From: Lachnospiraceae bacterium
GTDB taxonomy: Bacteria > Bacillota > Clostridia > Lachnospirales > Lachnospiraceae
Direction of reading: 5' to 3'
Assembly (NCBI GenBank): GCA_017449765.1
Contig: JAFTFE010000095.1
Location: 1,326 to 65,325, forward strand
DNA: 64,000 nucleotides
Part shown: in pieces, positions 37,591 to 47,411 of the stretch
How the letters are laid out: every line of letters begins with the position of its first letter
Position numbering within the stretch: position 1 is the first letter of the stretch
The notes under the pieces: generated by a model
The model's database searches: none
Told to the model about the DNA's origin: nothing
Seen by the model: only the letters and a program-made list of their open reading frames with translations
Made by a program: the position numbers and the translations under genes

Positions 37591-38073
37591 ATGAGTAAAG
37601 TATTGGTAGCATTTTTTTCAGCTACAGGAACAACCGGTATGGCGGCAACAAGTCTCGCAAAGTCTATAGGAGCAGATTTATATGAGATAGTCCCGGAGGT
37701 TGCTTATACGAATTATGACTTGGACTGGAGAAATGAACAGTCTCGCAGTTCGGTTGAGATGAAGGATAAGATGAACTCAAGACCGGCAATCGGTGGTGAG
37801 CCTGTGAAAGATATGGCTCAGTATGATACTATATTTGTTGCTTATCCTATATGGTGGTATACTGCACCAACCATCATAAATTCATTTCTTGAGAGCTATG
37901 ATTTATCAGGTAAGAATATAGTTCTCTTTGCTACTTCTGGTAGTACAGGCTTTGGTAGTTCTGTAGAAGACCTTGAGGGAAGCGCAAGAGGTGCATATAT
38001 CAGAGAAGGTTCTATGCTTAATGGAATTAGCTCTGAAGATGAGCTTAAGAAGATTGCAGAAAAGTTTTTATAA
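37591..38073 (+). CDS. Flavodoxin (copy 1)
   Basis: VAFFSATGTT, YPIWW, FATSGS. Confidence 0.9.
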   Translation: MSKVLVAFFSATGTTGMAATSLAKSIGADLYEIVPEVAYTNYDLDWRNEQSRSSVEMKDKMNSRPAIGGEPVKDMAQYDTIFVAYPIWWYTAPTIINSFLESYDLSGKNIVLFATSGSTGFGSSVEDLEGSARGAYIREGSMLNGISSEDELKKIAEKFL

Positions 38074-38125
38074 GAATAAATTAAAAAATTTATGATAGCC
38101 TTATAGTAATATGGAGGATAGGAAC

Positions 38126-38671
38126 ATGACTTTATTTGTAAATGCTTGCGTTCGCAAGGAGTCAAGAACGCTTAGAATAGCAAAGCAACTATTAGATACC
38201 TTTGATGATGAGAAACAAGAGGTTAGGCTTGAGGATATCGATTTCCCAGTAGTCAATGAGGAGTTTATAAATCGTCGCGAGATGTTAAAGAATGCAGGCG
38301 ATTATAATGATTCTATGTTTAAGCTTGCAAAAGATTTTGCGAGTGCTGATGTAATAGTTATTGCGGCTCCGTACTATGACCTATCATTTCCGGCTATGCT
38401 TAAGCAATACTTTGAACAAATAAATGTATTAGGACTTACCTTTACTTATTCTGAAACAGGCACTCCGGAGGGACTATGCAAAGCAAGAAAACTGTATTAT
38501 GTCACCACTGCAGGTGGTTTTATTATTTCAGATGATTTGGGGTATGGATATGTTAAGGCGCTTGCGGAAACATTCTATGGGATAAAAGAGGTTCATCAGA
38601 TTAAAGCTGAAGGGCTTGATATTATAGGTGCAGATGTAGAAAAGATTTTGAGTAATGCTATTGATATATGA
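38126..38671 (+). CDS. NAD(P)H-dependent FMN oxidoreductase (AzoR/AcpD-like)
   Basis: FVNACVRKESRT, AAPYYDLSFPAMLKQY, YVTTAGG, AEGLD. Confidence 0.85.
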   Translation: MTLFVNACVRKESRTLRIAKQLLDTFDDEKQEVRLEDIDFPVVNEEFINRREMLKNAGDYNDSMFKLAKDFASADVIVIAAPYYDLSFPAMLKQYFEQINVLGLTFTYSETGTPEGLCKARKLYYVTTAGGFIISDDLGYGYVKALAETFYGIKEVHQIKAEGLDIIGADVEKILSNAIDI

Positions 38672-38687
38672 AATGAAGGATAAAGCG

Positions 38688-39082
38688 ATTACATATAATC
38701 AGATAATATTTGGGTTGTCTTATAGGTAAAAAATGAAGATGAGCTAATAGAAGTTGTCGAAGATTACCTATAAGCTTGTGTGATAGGAGATATTTTATAG
38801 GTAAAAGTCGGAAGCTGACAAATGAAAATAGTTGAGAATTACCTATAAGCTTGTGTGTTAGGAGCTACCTTATAGGTAAATTGAGAAACTGGTTTAGAAA
38901 TTTGATTGATAAATTACCTATAAGCTTGTATGTAAACAGGCAGCTTATAGGTAAAAGTATAAATGAATGAAAAAAATGACTTGATAATTACCTATAAGAT
39001 GATGTAATGGTGAGGTACTTATAGGTAAATGTAGAACATAATTACCTGTTAAAGTGTAGATATGGGGATATTTATAGGTAAA
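38688..39082. repeat. Array of six palindromic units TTACCTATAA-N21-TTATAGGTAA, mostly 75-bp period
   Basis: Unit starts at 38688, 38763, 38838, 38913, 38987 and 39041; arms conserved, loop and linker variable. Confidence 0.92.
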
Positions 39083-39115
39083 ATAGAACTAAATTAATGG
39101 ATGGAGGAGATTGGT

Positions 39116-39955
39116 ATGAGAAAGAACAATATGAAGATTGATGAAAAGTATTTTAATATTGAAAAAATAGAGTATGAACTTCTGGAAATAGAGCAATTGA
39201 TAAATGAATTACAAGTTTATTTAAATGAATCAATTGAAGGAACACTTAGGGTGACGCATAATCATGGAAGTGTTCAGTTTTACCATAATAAGAAAAAAGG
39301 AGATACTAAAGGCGAATATATAAGGAAAAAGGATGAGAATATTGCTGTCAGGCTTGCGCAACAAGATTACGATAGAAAATTTATACAATATTTAATGAAT
39401 AAAAGAACGATGCTAAAAAATCTATTGGATTCCATAAAAGAAATAAGTGATAAAAAAATTGATGATATGAATATATATAATAGCTTATCGGTTGATAGAA
39501 AGATGCTTGTTGACTCTCACATTATTGATGATATTACATATAAAGAAGCGTGGATTAAGGATAATTATTTGGGTAAGGGATTCACAGAAAATGATCCTGA
39601 AATAATAACTGAAAAAGGAGAGAGAGTTCGTTCAAAATCAGAGAAGCTTATTGCAGATAAACTATATATGATGGATATACCATATAGATATGAATGTCCT
39701 ATAACTTTACGTGGTATAGGTAAAATATATCCTGATTTCACAATTCTTAAAGTGGAAAGCAGAAAAGAGGTGATTTTGGAGCATTTCGGAATGATGGATA
39801 ATCCGGATTACAGTGATAAGGCGATAAAGAAAATAAACACGTTTGAAAAAAACGGATATAATATGGGTGATAATTTGTTATGTACCTTTGAGACATCAAA
39901 AACACCTATTAATATGAAGAATGTAGAGAAAATGATTATGAATTGTTTTAAATAA
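39116..39955 (+). CDS. Putative PD-(D/E)xK / DUF559-like endonuclease with helical N-terminus
   Basis: GERVRSKSEKLIAD..IPYRYE..IYPDFTIL..ILEHFGMMD; GGAGG RBS; AT-rich. Confidence 0.7.
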   Translation: MRKNNMKIDEKYFNIEKIEYELLEIEQLINELQVYLNESIEGTLRVTHNHGSVQFYHNKKKGDTKGEYIRKKDENIAVRLAQQDYDRKFIQYLMNKRTMLKNLLDSIKEISDKKIDDMNIYNSLSVDRKMLVDSHIIDDITYKEAWIKDNYLGKGFTENDPEIITEKGERVRSKSEKLIADKLYMMDIPYRYECPITLRGIGKIYPDFTILKVESRKEVILEHFGMMDNPDYSDKAIKKINTFEKNGYNMGDNLLCTFETSKTPINMKNVEKMIMNCFK

Positions 39956-39984
39956 GGACTATAAAAATAAAGGAGGAAATAAAA

Positions 39985-40467
39985 ATGTCAAAAGTATTAG
40001 TAGCTTATTTTTCCGCATCAGGAAAAACGAGGGCAGCAGCAACAAGGCTTGCAAAATCAATAGGGGCGGATGTGTATGAGATAGTACCGGAGGTGCCTTA
40101 TACAAATGAAGACCTTGACTGGAGAAATGAGAAATCAAGAAGTTCAGTGGAGATGAAGGATAAGAAAAACTCAAGACCTGCTATTGGAAGTGTACCTATA
40201 GAAAATATAGGTCAGTATGATACTGTTTTTGTAGCATATCCTATATGGTGGTATACTGCACCGACCATAGTAAATACATTTCTTGAAAGCTATGACCTTT
40301 CGGGTAAAAATATAGTGCTGTTTGCTACATCGGGAAGTACAGATTTAGGTAGTTCGGTAGAAGATTTACAGGGAAGTGCTGCCGGTGTACATATCAGGGA
40401 AGGTGCTATGTTAAACGGAGTAAGTTCAGAGGAAGAGTTTAAGAAGATAGCTGAAAAGTTTGTGTAA
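39985..40467 (+). CDS. Flavodoxin (copy 2)
   Basis: Same length as, and highly similar to, 37591..38073. Confidence 0.9.
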   Translation: MSKVLVAYFSASGKTRAAATRLAKSIGADVYEIVPEVPYTNEDLDWRNEKSRSSVEMKDKKNSRPAIGSVPIENIGQYDTVFVAYPIWWYTAPTIVNTFLESYDLSGKNIVLFATSGSTDLGSSVEDLQGSAAGVHIREGAMLNGVSSEEEFKKIAEKFV

Positions 40468-40504
40468 AGCACAAAAGATATTCTTTTTGATGGAGGACTT
40501 TGAG

Positions 40505-40741
40505 ATGAAGCTAAAGCTATACATGTTTGAAACATGTCCGTATTGCCGCAAGGTAATAAATGAGATCGAATCAAGTGGTCGTACAGACATCGAGTATCAT
40601 AACATTCACAAGAACGAGGAAGATAGGTTGGAACTTATAAGAGTAGGTGGTAAACAGCAGGTTCCATGCTTGTTTATAGATGGTAAGCCTATGTATGAGA
40701 GTGATGATATAGTGGACTGGCTTAAGGCTAATCCACAGTAG
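40505..40741 (+). CDS. Glutaredoxin
   Basis: CPYC, QVPCLFIDG; start after GGAGG. Confidence 0.9.
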   Translation: MKLKLYMFETCPYCRKVINEIESSGRTDIEYHNIHKNEEDRLELIRVGGKQQVPCLFIDGKPMYESDDIVDWLKANPQ

Positions 40742-40743
40742 AG

Positions 40744-41967
40744 GTGTTAGGTTTGAATCAGATAATAATACATGTGGATATGGATGCGTTTTATGCATCT
40801 GTTGAAATAAGAGACAATCCGACACTTAAGGGTAAGCCGCTTATAATAGGTTCAATGCCAAATGAAAGAGGAGTAGTTGCAACCTGCAGTTATGAGGCGA
40901 GAAGATTCGGTGTTCATTCTGGAATGAATATTAAGGAAGCATATAGATTATGTCCGAGCGGTATATATATGCATCCTAATTTTGATAAATATAAAAAGGT
41001 TTCATTAAAGCTGCATGATATATGGAATACGTATTCCACAGCTTCGGAATATATAGCACTTGATGAGGCATATCTTGATGTTACTGAAAAAGCAATAGAT
41101 TGGGATGGAGCAAGAAAGATAGCAGAAACAATTAAGAGAAGAACGGGAGATGAGGTAGGACTTACATGCTCTGTTGGAGTTGCTTATTCTAAGACTGCTG
41201 CAAAAACCGCAAGTGAAGAGAAAAAACCTGATGGTTATTTTGAGATACTTGATGCAGATGAGTTTGTGAATTTGCTGAGTGATAGAGATGTTCAGGCTTT
41301 ATATACAGTAGGACCAAAGACTGCTGAAAAGCTTAAAGCTCATGGTATTTTTACTGTGCGTGATATAAGAAGTAATCAGGAAACTGTTAAACATTTACTT
41401 GGTAAACAGGGTGTATGGATTACAGAAATAGCAAATGGTATAGATAACAGGAAGGTTATACCTTACAGACCTGAAGATGCTAAATCAATAAGCCGTGAGC
41501 TTACATTTCAAGAGGACGTATCTGATTTTGATTTCGTAAAAGAAGTTATGTTGCTCCTTGCTATGAGTGTTGAGGAAAGAGCAAAAAGAGTAGGTCTACA
41601 TGGGAAAGGTGTGTCTATCAAGATTACATATTATGATATGAGAAGTGTTACCAGATCTAAGAGTCCGGTGAGGTGTGAATCAGCGATAGAAATATATAAT
41701 GAAGCTGTACAGCTTCTTGCTCAAGTAGATAGCGAAAGAATTCGTCTGATAGGAGTTGGAATTTATAACCTATATGGCAATGTAGGACGTCAGCTCTCAT
41801 TTGAAGATATATTTGATGAATTTAAGCTGTCATATGATAAAGAGTTGAATGAAAAGTTAGAAGAAATCGGTAAAAGATATGACTTGGATTTTATAGGAAA
41901 TAAAGTTCAATTATACAATCTGGAAACGCTTCACAGAACAGTAGAATATATGAGAAAGCATAGATAA
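40744..41967 (+). CDS. dinB: DNA polymerase IV
   Basis: IHVDMDAFYASVE, CSYEARRFGVHSGM, ALDEAYLD, KKPDG. Confidence 0.93.
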   Translation: MLGLNQIIIHVDMDAFYASVEIRDNPTLKGKPLIIGSMPNERGVVATCSYEARRFGVHSGMNIKEAYRLCPSGIYMHPNFDKYKKVSLKLHDIWNTYSTASEYIALDEAYLDVTEKAIDWDGARKIAETIKRRTGDEVGLTCSVGVAYSKTAAKTASEEKKPDGYFEILDADEFVNLLSDRDVQALYTVGPKTAEKLKAHGIFTVRDIRSNQETVKHLLGKQGVWITEIANGIDNRKVIPYRPEDAKSISRELTFQEDVSDFDFVKEVMLLLAMSVEERAKRVGLHGKGVSIKITYYDMRSVTRSKSPVRCESAIEIYNEAVQLLAQVDSERIRLIGVGIYNLYGNVGRQLSFEDIFDEFKLSYDKELNEKLEEIGKRYDLDFIGNKVQLYNLETLHRTVEYMRKHR

Positions 41968-42053
41968 GGAATACAATCGGTTGGTGTTGACTTATGTAAG
42001 GGATGGGAAGAAAAAATGAGGAATTGTAAATATATTTTATAGAGGTAGTGATT

Positions 42054-42851
42054 ATGAAGGTAGCGTTGGCCCAAATGAATATGTCTTTAGATGTTCAAAA
42101 GAATTATGGTAAAACTTTACAGCTAATAAAAATTGCAGCAAGTAAGGGAGCAAAGCTAATCTGTTTTCCTGAAATACAGCTTTCCCCGTTCTTTCCACAG
42201 TATCAGGATTCAGATGTAAGTAATTATGTGATGACAGAGGATAGCAATTATGTAAAGGGCATATGTGAGGCTTGTAAGAAGTATGGGATTTTTGCATCGC
42301 CTAACCTTTATATTGAGGAGAACGGACAAAAATATGATATGAGTTTTCTGATAGATGATCAGGGAAAGATTATAGGCAGACAGAAGATGGTACATGTAGC
42401 AGAGTGTGAGCAGTTCTATGAACAGAGTTACTATACACCTTCCGAAGAGGGATTCAAGGTATTTGATACCAAATTAGGTAAGATAGGAATTGTTGTATGC
42501 TTTGACAGGCATTACACGGAAAGCATTAGAACAGAGGCACTTCGAGGAGCAGAGCTTATCATTATTCCTACAGCAAATACTGTAAATGAGCCATCAGAAT
42601 TATTTAGATGGGAAGTTAGAGTTCAGGCACTCCAAAACAGTGTCAATATAGCTATGTGTAACAGAGTGGGTTCTGAAAATCATATGACTTTTTCGGGGGA
42701 TTCGATTATATGCAACTACGAGGGAGACATATTGGCCTTAGCCGGAATGGATGAAGAATTACTCATAGGAGATGTTGAAATATCATCGGCATCAGTGATA
42801 AGAAAATCAAAACCATATACGTCTCTTAGAAGGAAAGATATGTATGAATAA
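42054..42851 (+). CDS. Carbon-nitrogen hydrolase (nitrilase family)
   Basis: E-K-C triad: FPE, QKMVH, VCFDR. Confidence 0.9.
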   Translation: MKVALAQMNMSLDVQKNYGKTLQLIKIAASKGAKLICFPEIQLSPFFPQYQDSDVSNYVMTEDSNYVKGICEACKKYGIFASPNLYIEENGQKYDMSFLIDDQGKIIGRQKMVHVAECEQFYEQSYYTPSEEGFKVFDTKLGKIGIVVCFDRHYTESIRTEALRGAELIIIPTANTVNEPSELFRWEVRVQALQNSVNIAMCNRVGSENHMTFSGDSIICNYEGDILALAGMDEELLIGDVEISSASVIRKSKPYTSLRRKDMYE

Positions 42852-43028
42852 TAACAAATGATATTGTTATGAATTTCAAATTTCTTGAATATTTCAAAAA
42901 TGTGTAAAAAATATTATACAAATGACAAAAAATGTGATAGTCTATATAAGACTAACTATGTATAGTAGGTTAGTACGCTCTTTTTTATTTTGGATTGATT
43001 TACGCTATATATTTAGGAGATTTTACAT

Positions 43029-44429
43029 ATGAGTGAAGAGGCAGAAGGATTGGAAAATTTTGCGAATAATAACATACAGATTATTGTTTCCGATGACGTC
43101 ATGGAAGCATTTCTTTTGCTGAGACAACCTGAGGATAATTCACCAGGTTATACAATGGAAGAAGTAATGAATGTCATTACTGCGAACGGCATTAAGGGTG
43201 AGATTGATAAGAAGATGATTCAGTCTATGATTAACGATGGTATTTATGATATCAAACAGTTAATTGCAAAAGGTCATCCGATGAGAAATGGTATTGATGC
43301 TTTTTTTGAATATTTCTTTCATGAACAGGATAAAGAAGGCAAACCGAGGATTCTTGATGACGGATCTGTAGATTATACCAGTGTTCATACAGTTGGTACA
43401 GTATCGGAAGGAGATTTGATTGCTAAGTATCATCCGTCTGTACCGGGACATTTTGGGTATAATGTAAGAGGTGAACTTTTAAAGCCGGAGCAGCCAAGGG
43501 CATATCCCGTACCACAGCTTATGGGTGTTAGATATGATCAGGACACTTATTCTTATTATGCGACACTGGATGGAAAGGTTGAGGCAACATTTTCCAGAAT
43601 TGTTGTAGAAGGTACTTTGGAGATAAAGAAGACGGTCAGCATAGCCTATGGAAATATTTGCTTTATCGGTGACGTAGATATAAAAGGAGACGTTGATTCC
43701 GGTGTTGAAATCTACGCCACAGGAAGTGTTAAGATAAAAGGAACCGTACAGGGATCAAGTATTGTGGCTGGTGAGAATGTTACAATAGGTGGTGGAATAA
43801 TCGGTAAGAAGGATACGCATATTAACTGTGGTGGAAATCTAACAGTAGGATTTATGCAGAATGTGAGTGTTCAGGCTGGCGGTGATGTTACGACAAGCTC
43901 AACATTTGGATGTGATATTTATTGTGGGGGGAAACTCAAAACTTCCGGATCAAAAGGAAGTATTTACGCCGGAAATATATATAGTATGCATGGCATAGAT
44001 GGTCACGTGTTCGGAAATGAAAAAGGAATCTTAACTTATGTTTCTGCCGGCAAAAGAAGTGAGCTTTTGACGGACAGGATGTCGCTCTTAAAAGAGGTTG
44101 AGGAGCTAAATGGCAAGAGTCAGGGAATTAACAGCCGTGAGCTTATGTTATCAAGAAAGATGAAGGAAGCGCCGTCTTCAGTGGTTGAGAATGCTTTACA
44201 CGTCATAAGAAAAGATAAGGCGAGGATTTTAGCTGAGAAGAAGCAAAAGGAAGAAGTGTTAAATGCCATTAATCGTCTTTTTGCCGGAGAAAGTTTCGTT
44301 GCCGCCATTAAAGGAACTAAATTTTATAGAGGTGTCACCGTTTCCATAGATATGAAAGAAATGGATATTGATAGAGATATGAATCGTGTTACTTTTAAGA
44401 GAAACGAAGACGGAATATATGTAATATAA
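43029..44429 (+). CDS. FapA/DUF342-family protein
   Basis: VSDDVMEAFL, DGSVDY, GYNVRGE, GNICFIGDVDIKGDV beta-helix, C-terminal coiled coil. Confidence 0.85.
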   Translation: MSEEAEGLENFANNNIQIIVSDDVMEAFLLLRQPEDNSPGYTMEEVMNVITANGIKGEIDKKMIQSMINDGIYDIKQLIAKGHPMRNGIDAFFEYFFHEQDKEGKPRILDDGSVDYTSVHTVGTVSEGDLIAKYHPSVPGHFGYNVRGELLKPEQPRAYPVPQLMGVRYDQDTYSYYATLDGKVEATFSRIVVEGTLEIKKTVSIAYGNICFIGDVDIKGDVDSGVEIYATGSVKIKGTVQGSSIVAGENVTIGGGIIGKKDTHINCGGNLTVGFMQNVSVQAGGDVTTSSTFGCDIYCGGKLKTSGSKGSIYAGNIYSMHGIDGHVFGNEKGILTYVSAGKRSELLTDRMSLLKEVEELNGKSQGINSRELMLSRKMKEAPSSVVENALHVIRKDKARILAEKKQKEEVLNAINRLFAGESFVAAIKGTKFYRGVTVSIDMKEMDIDRDMNRVTFKRNEDGIYVI

Positions 44430-44513
44430 CGAGCAAAGCGACGGGGCATGCTTGCATGCAACGGCATTTTGCGAGTAACAGAATCGAGCCGAAAGGCGAG
44501 ATATGTAATATAA
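44417..44513. repeat. 71-bp GC-rich structured insert flanked by 13-bp direct repeats
   Basis: atatgtaatataa at 44417-44429 and 44501-44513; the insert has two CGAGC...GCGAG stems. Confidence 0.7.
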
Positions 44514-44523
44514 GGATTAAGTT

Positions 44524-47391
44524 ATGAGTAAGAAAGACACAGAAGAATTTGAACAGGAAAAAACCTTAGGAAACGCTATTTCGGGTAAACGTAACAAATT
44601 AATTATTTCATTAGTATTTATGGTGCTATTTTTTACCTTGATTTTATCTATCGTTATTTCTACAAGAGCTATCGCTTCAGGTGGAAAGAACAATATGAAG
44701 AGCGAGGTAAATGGTTATATCTACGAATTAGATACATGGATTAGTGAACAAAAGGGTTTAATGGATATATCAGTAAATAATATTCATTCTAATTCATCTA
44801 TGCTTGAGAATTATGATGAGACCGTAAAATGGCTGGATGAAATAGATGAACTCAATGAGGATGTGGCATCGGCGTATATTGTTTTGCCGGATGAGGCGCA
44901 CAGCTTAATAGTAAGCGGTGGATGGCAGCCGGATGACAATTTCAATGTTGAGGAAAGACATTGGTATATTGATACAATTGATGAAGATAATGAAAGTGGT
45001 TTTAATATTTCGGCGCCGTATCTTGATGCGTATACCGGAGAATATTGCTTTACCTTTTCAGAACGCATATATAATTCACAAGGTGAGTATCTTGGAATAT
45101 TCTGTATTGACTTTTATCTGGATAGGATTACACGTATAATCAATAACACAGATAAGGCTGAAGGTTATGTATTTCTGATTGATAATGAAGGATATATTAT
45201 TCGTCATCCGAATAAGCAATACACATTCAGTGATATTGGTAAAAAATCTGTAGATGAAGTCAATGAATATGAAGATGTATTAAAGAGCACCAGACCAATT
45301 AAAATCAATGATTATGACGGAAAGAAGAAAGTTGCCTATGCTGCTTTGGATGAGACATCAGGATTTTATATAGTAAGTGTAAAAAATTGGAACTTCATAT
45401 ACGGAAATGCCGTAAAATATGACATTTTATTCTTAGTATTATTTGGCTTTTGTATAGTTATAATCCTGTATTTGATATATAGGTTAATCAGGTGGTCTAA
45501 TCGAGCAAATAAGATTCTTCAGGAGTCCGTAGAGGATGCAGTCAGAGCAGGAGAAGCAAAGACAGAATTTTTAGCACATATGTCACACGAGATAAGAACT
45601 CCGATAAATGCTGTGCTTGGTATGGATGAGATGATTTTACGCGACAGCAACGAAGAGGTCATCAAAGGATATGCGGATGATATACGATCAGCGGGAAATT
45701 CATTACTTCTTATTGTAAATGATATTTTGGATATGTCTAAGATTGAATCGGGTAAGCTTACTATCGTTCCTGTAAAATACGATACATCAAGTATGTTCTA
45801 TGACCTTATTAATATGATTAGATTTCGTGCCGATGCTAAGAGACTTGAATTTGTGGTTGAGATTGACGAGAAGATTCCTTCAGTTCTTCGTGGAGACGAG
45901 GTAAGAGTAAAACAGGTTATTACCAATATATTAACAAATGCTGTTAAATATACACACGAGGGCACAATATGGCTCAGAGTACGTGGTAATCAGAATTATA
46001 ATACGGAGAAGCTTTACGTTGAGGTAGAGGACACAGGAATTGGAATAAAGGAAGAGGATTTGTCCAAGCTTTTCTCTGCATTTGAGCGTATCGATGAGAA
46101 GCATAATCGTAATATTGAAGGTACAGGTCTTGGAATGCATATCACACAGAGGCTCCTTAAGCTTATGGGGAGCAGTCTGCATGTGGAAAGCGAATACGGC
46201 AAGGGAAGCAAGTTTTATTTTGAAATAGAACAGGAAATAGTTGATAAAAAGCCTATCGGCAAATTTGAAGAGCGTGTCAACGGTTCTATCAAAGAATACG
46301 AATTTAAGCAGTTATTCTATGCACCGAATGCGCGTGTACTTGTGGTAGATGATAATGAACTTAATTTAAAGGTATTTGTAAGCCTGCTCAAGCATACAGG
46401 TGTAAAGATTACTACTGCGTCATCAGGTCAGGAGTGTCTTGATTTAACAGCAGCTAATTATTATGATATTATATTCTTAGATCATATGATGCCCGAGATG
46501 GATGGTATAGAAACTCTGCATCTTATGAAAGAGAATTTACAGGGACCGAATAAGAGAACTCCGGTATATGTACTTACTGCAAATGCAGTAACCGGTGCAA
46601 AAGAGATGTATATGAGTGAAGGTTTTACCGGATTCTTATCAAAGCCAATTGATGCAGACAGGTTAGAGCGGGTTATCGTCGATAATCTGGCTAAGAATCT
46701 TTTGGAACCGATTCCGGAGGATCATGTGCATAAAGCTGATGCTCAGAGTGAGGGAAACGGCGATATTGCAGAGAAAGGGGTAATCAGCATGGAAGATTTT
46801 CCTATGATAGGTGGTATTGACTGGAAGTATGCTATGTCACATCTTAACAGTGAAGAATTGGTAATTACTACTACCAAGGAATTCTTAAGCCTTTTACCTT
46901 CTAATCTGAAAAAGCTTGATACAGCTTATGATCAGGTCTGTGATGGTGGAGTTTGTGACGATTATCGTATTCAGGTTCACAGTATGAAGAGTGTAGCTGC
47001 CACCTTGGGTATTATTCCTGTTGCAGGTATGGCAAATGTTCTTGAATATGCAGCAAGAGATGAGAAAATAGATGATATAAAGGCAATGCATCCTGTATTT
47101 AAGCGCGTATATACTGAGTATGGCAATCAGCTTTCGGAGGCATTTTCTAACGAAGAAGAGGGTATACTTGAGATAGATAATGCAGATGAAGTTAAGGAAA
47201 AGCTCAAACTTCTTAAGGAAAGTATGGAAGATTTGGATATTGATACTGCAGATGCTATTATAGAAGAGCTTATTAAGTTTAAGTACACACCTGAGCAGGA
47301 ATCTGTAATGAAGGAATTGGAAGCTGCCGTTACCTCATTAGAGAGTGAAGAGGTTGCAAGACTTGCAGATAATTTGATTGAAAGCTTATAA
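44524..47391 (+). CDS. Hybrid sensor histidine kinase (Cache, HisKA, HATPase, REC, Hpt)
   Basis: MSHEIRTP, NILTNAVKYT, DTGIG, GTGLG, LVVDD..LDHMMP, VHSMKS. Confidence 0.93.
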   Translation: MSKKDTEEFEQEKTLGNAISGKRNKLIISLVFMVLFFTLILSIVISTRAIASGGKNNMKSEVNGYIYELDTWISEQKGLMDISVNNIHSNSSMLENYDETVKWLDEIDELNEDVASAYIVLPDEAHSLIVSGGWQPDDNFNVEERHWYIDTIDEDNESGFNISAPYLDAYTGEYCFTFSERIYNSQGEYLGIFCIDFYLDRITRIINNTDKAEGYVFLIDNEGYIIRHPNKQYTFSDIGKKSVDEVNEYEDVLKSTRPIKINDYDGKKKVAYAALDETSGFYIVSVKNWNFIYGNAVKYDILFLVLFGFCIVIILYLIYRLIRWSNRANKILQESVEDAVRAGEAKTEFLAHMSHEIRTPINAVLGMDEMILRDSNEEVIKGYADDIRSAGNSLLLIVNDILDMSKIESGKLTIVPVKYDTSSMFYDLINMIRFRADAKRLEFVVEIDEKIPSVLRGDEVRVKQVITNILTNAVKYTHEGTIWLRVRGNQNYNTEKLYVEVEDTGIGIKEEDLSKLFSAFERIDEKHNRNIEGTGLGMHITQRLLKLMGSSLHVESEYGKGSKFYFEIEQEIVDKKPIGKFEERVNGSIKEYEFKQLFYAPNARVLVVDDNELNLKVFVSLLKHTGVKITTASSGQECLDLTAANYYDIIFLDHMMPEMDGIETLHLMKENLQGPNKRTPVYVLTANAVTGAKEMYMSEGFTGFLSKPIDADRLERVIVDNLAKNLLEPIPEDHVHKADAQSEGNGDIAEKGVISMEDFPMIGGIDWKYAMSHLNSEELVITTTKEFLSLLPSNLKKLDTAYDQVCDGGVCDDYRIQVHSMKSVAATLGIIPVAGMANVLEYAARDEKIDDIKAMHPVFKRVYTEYGNQLSEAFSNEEEGILEIDNADEVKEKLKLLKESMEDLDIDTADAIIEELIKFKYTPEQESVMKELEAAVTSLESEEVARLADNLIESL

Positions 47392-47411
47392 ACGAAAGGT
47401 AGGAAGCAGAT

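Noticed and set aside
38688-39082. Calling the array a canonical CRISPR
   Set aside because: The repeat interior is variable, the linkers are partly similar to each other, and there are no cas genes in the window.
38688-39082. 75-bp period as a 25-aa coding repeat (LPIS...LIGK)
   Set aside because: That frame hits stop codons on both strands, and the period breaks to 74 and 54.
42922-42940. Third copy of the TGAC operon motif upstream of the FapA gene (atgacaaaaaatgtgatag)
   Set aside because: Spacing is one base longer and the second half-site differs; could be chance.
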